Shown here: positions 1-13,000 of the stretch, in pieces
Layout: each line of letters begins with the position of its first letter
Position numbering within the stretch: the stretch's first letter is position 1
Origin: Antedon mediterranea
Lineage: Eukaryota; Animalia; Echinodermata
DNA length: 64,000 nt
Assembly: GCF_964355755.1 (NCBI RefSeq)
Contig: NC_092676.1
Coordinates: 4,317,888-4,381,887, forward strand
Direction: 5' to 3'
The notes under the pieces: model-generated
Told to the model about the DNA's origin: nothing
What the model saw: only the letters and a program-made list of their open reading frames with translations
Databases searched by the model: none
Position numbers and translations under genes: made by a program

Positions 1-524
1 TCTTCCTCTATGGTTGTAGTGAATATTTTTGGTGATATTGTGTCCCCTTGTCTGACACCTCTGTTTATGTGGATGAGTTTAGATACATCTTTGTCAAGGT
101 GTATTGTTGCAGTGGCATCTGTATAAATGTCTTCAATTATCTGAACATAGCCTTCATTTACTACAGTTTTCCTCAGGGCTCTAAACAGATCAGCATGTTC
201 TACTGAGTCAAATGCCTTCTCGTAGTCTATGAACCCTACGCATAGATGCAGTTGGTATTCATTTGACTTCTCTATTAATTGGTTTAAAGAATGTAGATGG
301 TCTGTTGTTGAGAATCCCTGCCTGAATCCAGCCTGCTCTCTTGGTTGGTTTTCATCGAGGATTTGTTTTAGTCTGTTTTGAATTATCCTTGTGAATATCT
401 TGTATGCATGTGATAAAAGACTGATTGGTCTATAATTCTTGATATCGGCTTTGTCTCCCTTCTTGTGTAATATTATGATTTTTGCCTCTTTCCATTTTAC
501 TGGTATTCTCTTTTCTCTCAAGAT
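1..524 (-). mobile_element. RTE-clade LINE, reverse transcriptase domain (runs off the window start)
   Basis: Minus-strand translation ILREKRIPVKWKEAKIIILHKKGDKADIKNYRPISLLSHAYKIFTRIIQNRL...EQAGFRQGFSTTDHL...FIDYEKAFDSVEH...RGVRQGDTISPKIF gives non-LTR RT motifs of RTE type. Confidence 0.9.
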
Positions 525-1461
525 ATGATTGCACAGCATAACTTGATAGTGGCAAACACACTATTTAAGAAAAATAAGAATAAATATTGGACCTGGGAGA
601 GCCCAAATGGAAGAACAAGAAATCAAATAGACTTTATTTTAACCAGCCAACGGGGAATTGTAGAGGACTGCAGTGTAATAACAAATGTAGACATTGGTAG
701 CGACCACAGGATGGTCAGAGCAAAAATACATCTGAAAAGGAAGCTTGAAAGACTAAAGATCATCAAAAACCAAAAGAAACCAAAACTGAACATATTGAAA
801 CTGAAAAACAGAAAGGAGGAGTTCCAGTTGGAACTTAAAAATCGATTTGCAAGTCTAGACATTGAAGATGCAGATATAGACACCAAATTTGATCTGATAT
901 CTTCAACAGTGATTGAGGCAGCTGAAGAAATAGCACCTTTGAACAGAGAGACAAAGCTGACATCTGAGGAGGACAGACTGATTGAGGAGCTTGATATAAA
1001 ACGAAAAGAACTTAGAGAAATTGAAAACAAATCAACATCACAACGAATAGAATATACAGAGTTAGTAAAAACAGTGAGAAAGATGAGAAGAACTAGAAGC
1101 AGAAAAAGGAAGAGAGAGCAAATTGAAACCATCTTGGAAAGTGGTAAAGGACCAAAACAGATCACAAAACTGAACCATAAGAAAACTAGAATTAACCAAA
1201 TGAGGAAGAAAGATGGTAACTTAACCACAGATAGAAAGGAAATCCTAAACATATGCGCAGACTTTTATCAAGAGCTGTACAACTCAACCAAGACAGAAAC
1301 CACAATGGATATCAAGAATAAATCTGTAGATGAAACAGAACTTCCAAAAATAACAGCTAGGGAAGTGGAAAAGGCCATCGAACAGATGAAAGATAATAAA
1401 GTACCAGGCTTAGATGACTTAGCCAGCGATATATTTAAGATAGGAGGGGAGGAGATAAACA
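525..1461 (+). mobile_element. Inverted 5' segment of the same RTE LINE (APE endonuclease C-terminus, linker, start of RT)
   Basis: ORF 525..1490 has WTWESPNG..RNQIDFIL...GSDHRMV (APE endonuclease end) and ends at KVPGLDDLASDIFKIGGEE, just upstream in element coordinates of where the minus-strand piece begins. Confidence 0.85.
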
Positions 1462-1463
1462 TT

Positions 1464-3044
1464 ATTAGTTATCCGCTTAGTAGCGGATAACTCCTTGTAA
1501 TCGTCCTGTTACTTTTTTTTTTTTTCTTATTTCTTTCTCCCCCATTTTTGTGTCTCACGTATCTCAAAAACTTGTAAACATAACATTTCATAATTTTGTC
1601 AACATATGGGCATATACGTGAAGTTGTGCACCTCCTATTTTTGAATGACGTCAGAGTTGCGCAACGTGACTTACGCGCGATTTTATGATTTTTTATGATT
1701 GACCATAGATTAAAAACCAAGCGTAATTTTGTTTTGACACTTTGTGAAAATTTAAGTCATATCAAGTGCAAATTTTCTATGGATTAAAAATGGCATGTTT
1801 CACAAGAAGTTACGCGCGCACGCGCATTTAAAATTTCAAAATGCGCAAAATTAATTTCTAATCAACTTTCTACGCTGATCATGACATTTTGAGCTTGTCA
1901 AAAATTCCCACGCGCGCGAAAAAAATTACGCGTAAGGTGCGCACGGAGCATGAAAATCATGTGTTTTTATCTTGAATTGTAATTTTCCAGCCTTTCCTAG
2001 TCATTTTAAAAAAGATTGACATCATTTCAAATTAAAATGACGTCATACGAACACGTTGATTTAGACAATTTGCGTGCGTTTTAGTTGCAAAAGTGACAAA
2101 ATATTGTCAAAATTATGCCTACTTTGAATCTATTATAGCTCCTCAGGATCAACCGTTACCCCAATTTTTTTAATTTAATATGTAAGCAGATATGTTGTAG
2201 ATATGAATTCATGCAGAATCTTTACCCCTCGGATGTTATGACGTCATCGTATGGCCACACGAATGTAAAATATTGGATTTTTGACTGTTTCGTTATTGCT
2301 CATTACATTAAATAGAGCGCATATCGCTTATACGTATTCCATTTCCTCATATATTTTAATACTGTCTAGGTCAATCAACTATCTTTTGCATGAGTAAAAA
2401 ATATCTTAATTTTTATGACGTCATCATGTCTAAAAATGTAAATAATGCGGTTCACCTATTTTCATCTTTACAGTAAGTTTCAATCTGTTATAGCTCGTCA
2501 GAATAAAAAGTGATAATTATGATTAAAACGTTTTCTGGAAGCTATTGGATTGTAGATACGAATTTATGTAAACATTTTCCCAATCGGATCTTGTGACGTT
2601 ATCATATGGCCAGTTGAATTAAAAAAGTCGTATTTTCATATTTTTCGTCATAGTTCATTATATTTAAAAGAGCGCGCATCAATATTAAACGTATTCAAAT
2701 TTCTTCTACACGTTAATATGTTGTTGCTGAGATAATTTCCTTCCGAAATTGCTATCTTAGTGTTTCATCTTGATACCGTCGCCATGTTACAAATTTGAAT
2801 AAATGGCGGGTCCCGTAATTTCACCTCTTCTACACTGTATGTAACATGTATACAGATTATACTGTTTTCATGTATATACTATATGACACAAAATTGACAG
2901 AATTCAGCACTAACATATCATATTCTTCAGATCAGGTCATAATGCCATAATTTTTTTCTGTGTGCAATATTCTAACGTATGACGTGCACGTGGCGTTTGT
3001 CGTGCGGATAACTAACTCGTCAAAGTGACGAGTTACATGTCTAG
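1464..3044 (+). mobile_element. Non-autonomous Helentron/DINE-1-like element (HINE)
   Basis: 5' hairpin AGTTATCCGC-ttagta-GCGGATAACT (1467-1492); 3' subTIR GCGGATAACT (3004-3013); 3' hairpin AACTCGTCA-aag-TGACGAGTT (3014-3034); ends CTAG in a TT site; no ORF. Confidence 0.7.
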
Positions 3045-3943
3045 TTTACAGTAAAACCACTTTAAAAAGCATATTTTTTAATGTATCAACTATGATTGAA
3101 TTATTTATTTATGTAAGATATAACAATTGAAAGTGAATCTGTATTACATATTAGATAATACATTTATTATATGGTTGCTAACAAAGAATTACATTTGGTG
3201 AAGACATTTTATTTTAAGAAAATAAGTTATTAAATTATATTTACCACATTTTTATAAAAAATGACAAAATGTTTTTAAGTAGGCCTAATCAATATTTCTT
3301 TATGTACTAATTTTGTCTTGAGAATATAAATTATTAAAAAATTGATACATAATAATTAAAAATTAATCTGAAATTGTAAAATTTCACAATATAAATATCA
3401 TCATAATGATTGTTATGCTAAATAATTAGTATTTGTTTATGTAGTGATTTTGTTTTATGATAATACAAATTATTAAAATATAAATATATATTTTATATTT
3501 TGACATCATTAAAATGTTGATACAATACAATGCATGTATTGTAGGATCAATTGTAATAATGGATTAATAATATGTATCAACATTTTTAAAATATATCCAC
3601 CATGATTGAACTATTTATTTTTGTAAGATATAACAAAAATGAATATGTATTACATATTAGATAATACATTTATTATATGGTTGCTAACAAACAATTTGAA
3701 TTTGTTGTAGACATTTTATTTTAATGAAATATAATAAGTTATTAAAATATACATTTTTACTTTAACATAGTATATTTTGACATCACTAAAGTACATACAA
3801 TAGAGTACATGCAGTATAACTACTGTATAATGTACAGGAATGTAGATATTTCAACATTTGAGGTGACAGAAAAATTAAAATAATTTTGAAACAGCTTGGA
3901 TATTGTGATTATACTTATACTGTGCATTCTTTTTACTTTTAAG

Positions 3944-4015
3944 GTCTTTGGGCAGGAACCAAATAAGTACATTACAAGCCAATGCATTTGCTGGTTTGAC
4001 AGCATTGGAAACACT
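3944..4015 (+). CDS. LRR cassette exon (LSLGRNQISTLQANAFAGLTALET)
   Basis: ttttaag|G...CT|gtaag, 72 nt, open frame. Confidence 0.85.
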
Positions 4016-7000
4016 GTAAGTGTATTGCTTATGTTTGCTTACTTTTACAATTTGGTTTTAATATAGAAATTAAATATAAAATTATTTTACATTGTTGGTT
4101 AAGCAATGATAATGGATTATTATTGTTACTTAATTGTACACTTTGTGATCTAATAAAAATATCTTTATAAATCACTAGTTTTTAGTTCATCCACCATGAA
4201 TGAACTTTATTTTGGTGTAATACATAATAATTCAAAATTAATATTAATTGTAAAATTGTATAATATAAATATCATTATAATGATTGTTATGCTAAATAAT
4301 TAGTATTTGTTTATGTTGTAATTTTGTTTTATGAGAAAAAAATCATCAAAATATAAATACATATTATATATTTTGACATTATTAAAATATTGATACAAAC
4401 AGGTGTGCTTGCATTAATATTATTATATAATTTCACAATTTGTGATCATGTAAAAGATATCTTAAAAATCACTAGTTTTTTGCTCATTCACCATGAATGA
4501 ACTTTTTATAATATATAATTCAAAATAATTGTTATTGTAAATATCACAATATAAATATCATTATAACAAATGTTACTAAATAATTAATATTTGTTTATGT
4601 TGTAAGTTTGTCTTATAAGAAAAAAAATTATTGAAATATAAATATATATTGTGATCATCTTATACAAAATCAATAGTTTTAGTTCATCCACCATGAATGA
4701 ACTTTATTTTTGTGTAATACATATTAATTAAAAATAATAATAATAATTCAAAATCAATCACTATATAAATATCATTATAATAATTACTATTTGTTTATGT
4801 AGTGATTTTGTTTTATGAGAATAAAAATTATTAAATATATATTTTATATTTTGACATTAAAATGTTGATACAATACAGTGCATGTATTGTAAGTTCAATT
4901 GTAATAATGGATTAATATGTACTTTATGATTCAATGATTATTTACAGTAAAACCATTTTAAAAAGCAACAATTTTAAAATGTATCCACCATGATTGAACT
5001 ATTTATTTGTGTAAGATACTAAATATGTATTACATATTAGAAAATACATTTATTGCATGGTTGCTAACAAACAATTTGAATTTGCTGTAAAATTTTCTTT
5101 TGTGAAAATAAGTCATTTAAATATATTTACCACATTTTTATTTTAACATAGTATATTTTGTACATGACTAAAGTACATAAAATAGAGTACATGCAGTATA
5201 ACTACTGTATAATGTACAGGAATGTAGACATTTCAACATTTGAGGTGACAGAAAAACTAAAATAATTTAAAAACAGCTTGGATATTGTGATTTACTTATA
5301 CTGTGCATTCTTTTTACTTTTAAGGTATTTGAACACTAACTTAATAAGTACATTACAAGCCAATGTATTTGCTGGTTTGACAGCATTGGAAACACTGTAA
5401 GTGTATTGCTTATGTTTGTTTACTTTTACCAATTTGGTTTTAATTTCGAAATTAAATGAAAAGTTATTTTACAAAGTTGGTTAAACAATGATAATGGATT
5501 AATATTATTATATAATTTCACAATTTGTGATCTTATAAAAAATAACTTAAAAAATCAGTAGTTTTTTGCTCATCCACCATGAACAAATTTTAATTTTTTA
5601 AATATTATATAATAATTCAAAATAAATTTTTATTGTAAATGTCACAATAAAAATATCATTATAACAAATAATACTAAAACTAAATAATTAGTATTTGTTT
5701 ATGTAGTGATTTTGTTTTATGAGAATAACAATTATTAAAATAGGAATATATTTTATATTTTAACATTAAAATATTGATACAATACAATGCATGCATTGTA
5801 GGATCAATTGTAATAATGGACTAATCATATGTACCTTATGATTTCATGATTATTTACAGTAAAAAGAATTTTAAAGTCAACATTATTTTTATTTGTAATT
5901 TATCCACCATGATTGAAGTATATATTTTTGTAAGATATAACAATTGAAAGTGAATCTGTATTTAATACATAATAGATAATACATTTATTATATGGTTGCT
6001 ATCAAACAATTACATTTGGTGAAGACATTTTATTTTAAGAAATTAAGTTATTAAATTATATTTACCACATTTTTATAAAACTGACAAAATGTTTCTAAGT
6101 AGGCCTAATCAATATTTGTTTATGTACATTTTTGTTTATTTTAACAAAATAAGTTATTAAAATATACATTTGTATTTTAACATAGTATATTTTGACATAA
6201 CTAAAGTACATACAATAGAGTACATGCAGTATAAACTACCGGTACTGTATAATGTACAGGAATGTAGACATTTCAACATTTGAGGTGACAGAAAAACTAA
6301 AATAATTTAAAAACAGCTTGGATATTGTGATTTACTTATACTGTGCATTCTTTTTACTTTTAAGGAATTTGAGATGGAACCGAATAAGTACATTACAAGC
6401 CAATGCATTTGCTGGTTTGACAGCATTGGAAAAACTGTAAGTGTATTGCTTATGTTTGCTACTTTTACAATTTGGTTTTAATCTAGAAATTAAATTACAA
6501 ATTATTTTGAATTGTTGATTAAGCAATTATAATGGATTAATATTATTACATAATTTCACAATTTGTGATTGTATAAAAAAATATCTTTATAAATCACTAG
6601 TTTTTAGTTCATCCACCATGAATGAACTTTATTTTTGTGTACATAATAATTCTGAATTAATCTTAAATGTAAAATTTCACGATGTAAATATCATTATAAT
6701 GATTGTTATGCTAAATAATTATTATTTGTTTATGTAGTGATTTTGTTTTATGAGAATAAAAATTATTAAAATATAAATATATATTTTATATTTTGACATT
6801 AAAATGTTGATACAACACAATGCATCCATTGTAGGATCAATTGTAATAATGGAGTAATATGTACTTTATGATTTTCTATAATTTCACAATTTGTGATCTT
6901 ATAAAAAAACTTTAAAAATCAATAGTTTTTTGCTCGTCCAACATTAACAAACTTTATTTTTTTGAATAATATTATAATAATTCAAAATACATTTTTATTG

Positions 7001-10000
7001 TAACTGTCACAATATAAATATTATTATAACAAATGTTACTAAATAATTAGTATTTGTTTATTTAGTGATTTTGTTTTATGATAATAAAAATTAATAAAAT
7101 AAAAATATATATTTTGACATTAAATATTGATACAATACAGTGCATGTATTATAGGATCAATTGTAATAATGGACTAATAATATGTACTTTATGATTTCAT
7201 GATTATTTACAGTAAAACCAATTTTAAAATCAACATTTTTAAAATGTATCCACCATGATTGAACTATTTATTTTTGTAAGATCTAACAATTGAAACTGAA
7301 TCTGAATTACATATAGATAATACATTTATTATATGGTTGCTATCAAACAATTTGAATTTGTTGACATTTTGTTTTCAGAAAATATGTTAATCAAATAAAT
7401 TTACAACATTTTTATTTTAACATAGTATATTTTGACATAACTAAAGTACATACAATAGAGTACATGCAGTATAACTACTGTATAATGTACAGGAATGTAG
7501 ACATTTCAACATTTGAGGTGACAGAAAAACTAAAATAATTTTAAAACAGCTTGGATATATTGTGATTTACTTATATTTATTACCAGCCAATGCATTTGCT
7601 GGTTTGACAGCATTGAAAACACTGTAAGTGTATTGCTTATGTTTGCTTACTTTTATCAATTTGGTTTTAATTTAGAAATTAAATGAAAAATTATTTTACA
7701 TTGTTGGTTAAACAATGATAATGGATTAATATTATTTATAAAATTTCACAATTTGTGATCTTGTAAAAACAAACTTAAAAAATCAATAGTTTTTTGCTCA
7801 TCCAACATGAATGAACTTTTTATAATATATAATATTTCAAAATGATTTTTTATTGTAAATGTCACAATATAAATATATTTTTGTAAATCAACAATTTCAG
7901 CCGTCGGGCTGCATGTTTTTTATTATATAAACCTGAATAAATAAATAAATAAATTATTACAATTGATCCTACAATACATGCACTGTATTGTATAAACATT
8001 TTAATGTCAAAATATAAAATATGTAATCACTACATAACAAATACTAATTATTTAGTATAACAATCATTATAATGATATTTATTGTGAAATTTTACAATTA
8101 ATATTATTTTTAATTATTATGTATTACAGAAAAATAAATTTCATTCATGTTGGATGAATTAAAAACTAGTGATTTATAAATTTATTTTTTATAAGATCAC
8201 AAATTGTAAAATTATGTAAATTATGTAATAATATTAATCCATTATCATTATACAGTTGTTGTACTGCATGTACTCTATTGTATGTACTAGTGATGTCACA
8301 ATATGATATGGGTAAATAAAAATGTATATTTTAATAACTTATTTTATCAAAATAAAATGTCTACAAAAAATTAAAATGTTTTGATAGCAACCATATAATA
8401 AATGTATTATCTATATGTAATACAGATTCGGTTTCAATTGCTATGTCATGGTGGATAAATTTAAAAATTGTTGATTTTAAAATTAGTTTTACTGTAAATA
8501 ATCATGAAATCATAAGGTACATATTATTAGTCCATTATTACAATTGATCCTACAATGCATTCACTGTATTGTATAAACATTTTAATGTCAAAATATAAAA
8601 TATATATTTATATTTTAATAATTTTTATTCTCATAAAAAAAATCACTACATAAACAAAATACTAATTATTTAGTAACATTTGTTATAATGGTATATATAT
8701 ATATATGGAAACACAAATATTTAAAAAAATACCAAAATTTATACAAAATATAAAAAAATTTGAAAAATTCAGTTAAAAAAATAAAATTATGTTAAAAAAA
8801 TTACAAAATTTATATACAAATGCATAGGCCTATATATGTAAATATTTATAACATAGCCATCTTCAGCGTGATCAGTTTAGGTACTGTTTAAATTAAGGAT
8901 TCTACTTATAGTAAGGGCAGGCGAGGTCTTAAGACGGTTAGTTCTACAAACAGGTATATTAATTAGGGGTTTATGGACTAATATGTACTTTATGATTCCA
9001 TGATAATTATTTACAGTAATTTTGTTTTAAGAAAATAAGAAATAAGTTATGAAAATATATTTACAAAAGTATATTTTGACATACTAAAGTATACAATAGA
9101 TGGATTACATGCAGTATAGTGTATTTACTGTACTACAATTTAGTTTTAATTAAAAAGGTAAATTAGAAATTGTATTTTACATTGTAGAACAATTATAACA
9201 AAATATTTAATATATAATTTCATTATTATGTGATTATAAGTTTAAACCCCACCTCACCAAAAAAAACCACAAACAACTGGTTTTTCGTATATGATAATAT
9301 AGGCCTAATAAATCAAATATCAATTTTCAGTTGTTATTTTACAATATAAATATCATTTAAAATATCATTTAAGTTAATTTTACTACATTTAGTATTTGTT
9401 TACTTTAACCAGAAAACAAACAAAAATAAAAGGGATAAATGCAGTGTTTATATTACCGTAAATCAATAGATAATTGGCAACTAACTTAATTAACTGCTAA
9501 AGCCCAAACTAGCAAGACCATAATGTGCATTATTTATCATATACTGTGTATTTTTTATCATTTAAGGTGGTTCATGAATGGTAACCAAATACACACATTG
9601 GAAGCCTATGCATTTGCCGGTTTGGAATCATTGACAGAACTGTGAGTATTTTTTCAATACTTGTACAAACTTCCTTATTTTTAAAAGAAACTTTATTTAT
9701 TGTTGTTTTAGAACTATTCTAATTACTAGATGGTACGCTTGCTTCGCTCGCGTACCATCTAGGTCGTGCCCACAGATGGTTCTCGAATACATAATAATTT
9801 CAGCGTTAAAAAACTGGCGATTTCAAATGTACGTACCGCAGGACAATAATGTCGTTTACAGGAACGGATAAATAGACACTGTGATTTATGTACTAAACTA
9901 AAATTAGCACCCTGGGATTTACTTCCGAAAGAGAAACTTGTCACAAAATGAGACCAATTGTTTAAGTCAAATTTAAACAAACTTAATTTGTGTTTTATAT

Positions 10001-13000
10001 GTAACATTAGGGTTGAGGGATGGAAGAGGAACAATTTTTAAATATATTCTTTATCCATTTAGTAACGAAATATTAATTGTTTTCATGTTTTACAAATAAT
10101 GTACCACTAAACCATGGAGGTATTTATACCCCCATGACTAAACACAAGTAAAACATTGCGATGTAATACTTTGTTGAAACTATCACCGTCCTAGTCGATT
10201 GAAAAGTACAGTACGTATAACGATACATCACTACGACGTGTATATGTTTATATAATGTAAAACAATTTGTGAAAACCACCTCTATTCGGGGCAAATCATA
10301 AATTCGATTTAATCGTCAATAAATATTAAATTATCTAACTCAACTTAATTAGTAGGCCTAATGGTTTTCAATTGTTTCTTAGAGCTAATTCATACTTAAG
10401 TTGGTTCCTACCCTACCCACCAAAGTTGTTCTGCGTTTAGGGCATGTGATGCACTGTAGGCCTATCCTCTACTAAACATTCTAGAAATAACGCGCTATTT
10501 ACCGAATTTTGCCCTTACGTAAATTTATATATAGATTCCAGTTGATACTGTATGTCATACTGCCCTAATATTGCTGTAACACCGGTGCCAATCAATTTAC
10601 ATCTAACAACATGAATTATATTATTGTTTATATACATGAAAATTTTATTCAAAGATCTCTTTTGTCAATACATTTTTTATTAATGAAAATTTACAATCAT
10701 ACAGTATCAAAACAACTTGGATGTATATGATTTTAATTACTATGAATCATTTTATTTTGAAGACGTTTGAATGGTCACAAAATCAGTACATTGCCAGCTA
10801 ATGCATTTAATGGTTTGACAGCATTGACAACACTGTAAGTGTTTTATTTAGTTCATAATACTTTTATAATTATTTTTTTTAATTATACATTTTAAAATAA
10901 AATTTAATGAGAAAAAAGATAGATGCTGTTAATTTTACTCATTTGTTCTTTAGAATGGTTCCGAAACGTTGATCTTTTTTTGTCATTACATTTTATTTTA
11001 AAGTTATGTAGTAAACGTCTCTTAATTTGTAATTATGAATTCCTTTTTAAATTATAGTTAAATGTAAATCATGCAATTTTCTAAATGCAAATTTTAATGT
11101 AATGGTCCTATAGAGTAATTGTTTCACTTCATTTAATAATTAATATTTGATTAAAACTCCGAACAATGGGTCTTGATGTCCCCTTAAGGAGGTCCAGTAA
11201 TATCATTTTCAGTATTTCTATCAAAATTATATTTACTGTCAAAAAGTATTTAGGTAACCGGTTACGGGATTATAAATACATGAAAAACCCCTTATTGTCA
11301 AAAATTGTCTGTGTGCCTATGGTACAGTAATATACGTTTATACAAATGTATTGATTTGCAATGAATGGAACATTCCAAATTATTTGGTTTAACCATACTT
11401 GCATACCTCTATGGTTTAACACAAGTAGGTAAATTGATAGACCCTTGGAGAATAAACAGAAATAGTACTGTAATGCTATACAATACTGCAAATAGGTATT
11501 AACCACTTTTGATCGCCATTTGAATCAAAAGTGTGTTGTACTGTTAGATATAATATAAACAAATATACTAATAAACTTTATCACTTATTATAAACACATA
11601 ATAATATAATACTTTATTACTGTCAGTTGTTTCTCAACGTTTGTATTAATTAATAATTACAAAAATATAAACGTATTAGTGGTCTTTAAATGTACTTTAC
11701 TATTTCAATCGACCATGAGACAGTGACAGTTTATAAAGTATTAAATCGGAAATGTTTTACTCTAATTAGTGGTATATTATTTATAGTATTAAGTAATGAA
11801 GGAAGAAAGTTTGTGGAAACAAACATATTGAATTTGAATTTAAATAATAGGTGTTTAAGACTATCTTCTGTTAGTTGAGGAACATAGATTTAAGTATTTT
11901 TAAAAATTGTATTTATTTTGTTAATGCAAATTTTTAGAATTGTTAATTATACAAAAAAAATTGTTTTTTTTTCCTGTCCTCTTTTGGAAGTCTGTTTAAT
12001 AAAAGGCCAAGTAATTAAATAGAAAAGACACACAAAGACTTTTGGGCGAGTGTCCGTTATGAGAGTTGTCCATTTACGAATGGTGTCCACACAGGGAGTT
12101 TTGGACCATTACTTAGGAAAGATAAAGCATCAAACTTTACAGTTTATTCTTTATTCTTTGTAGAAGGTTGGACGATAACCAAATAAGGAAATTGCCAGCA
12201 AATGCATTTAATGGTTTGACAGCATTAAAAAAACTGTGAGTGTATCTCAAATTTATCCCAATTCATTAATTTACGTTTTAGAATAATGACAGATTCATAT
12301 TATTTAGTTTATCATTTCATAATGTGATCTTGTAACAAACAATTAATGAGAGGCAATGATCACCCAAGATCCATGAAATAACACCTTTGTACCAATAGGG
12401 TTACATGCTCTAGCATAATTTTAAAGGAAAAAAATTCACAAGAAAAGTTTAAGACTAATTAGCCGTGGATGGAAGAAGAAATATAATCAGAAAAATAAAG
12501 GGGTAAACACAGTGTTTATATACGGTAAGGTGTAGAAATCAATAGATAATTCACAACTAACTTAACTGCTCAAGCGTAAGCTAGCAAGACTATATACTAT
12601 GCATTATTTATTATTTAAGGCGAATGAATGGTAACCAAATACACACATTGGAAGCCTATGCATTTTCTGGTTTGGAATCATTGACAGAACTGTGAGTATT
12701 TTTTCAATACTTCACTTTACCAACTTTCTAATTTCAAAAGAAATTGATTATTGTTTAGAACCATTATAATGTCAAATTATTCCAGTTAATACTGAATGTC
12801 ATATAGACTGCCCTAACAAACATTGAGTAAACAGTGTCAGTCAATGGAATTACAATGAACAACATGAATTATATTGTGATCCTTTTGATTCCAAGATATT
12901 TTTTGTCACAAAAAAAGAAATAATGACATTTTACCATAATACTGTATCAAACAACTACTATATATATATATATATATGATGTATATATTATATGATTTTC

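Larger units (their letters stand above)
3045..7880 (+). repeat. Tandem AT-rich intron+LRR-exon duplication units (about 1.0-1.4 kb, 4 copies, mosaic sub-blocks)
   Basis: Blocks such as AATAGAGTACATGCAGTATAA...ACAGCTTGGATATTGTGA and CATCCACCATGAATGAACTTT recur near-identically around exons 3944, 5325, 6365 and 7587. Confidence 0.9.

Noticed and set aside
623-1252. 209-aa hydrophobic minus-strand ORF
   Set aside because: Antisense shadow of the A-rich LINE ORF2
3045-7880. Regularly spaced conserved repeats with variable inserts, superficially CRISPR-like
   Set aside because: Units are over 1 kb, eukaryotic, bounded by splice sites and encode LRRs; no cas genes
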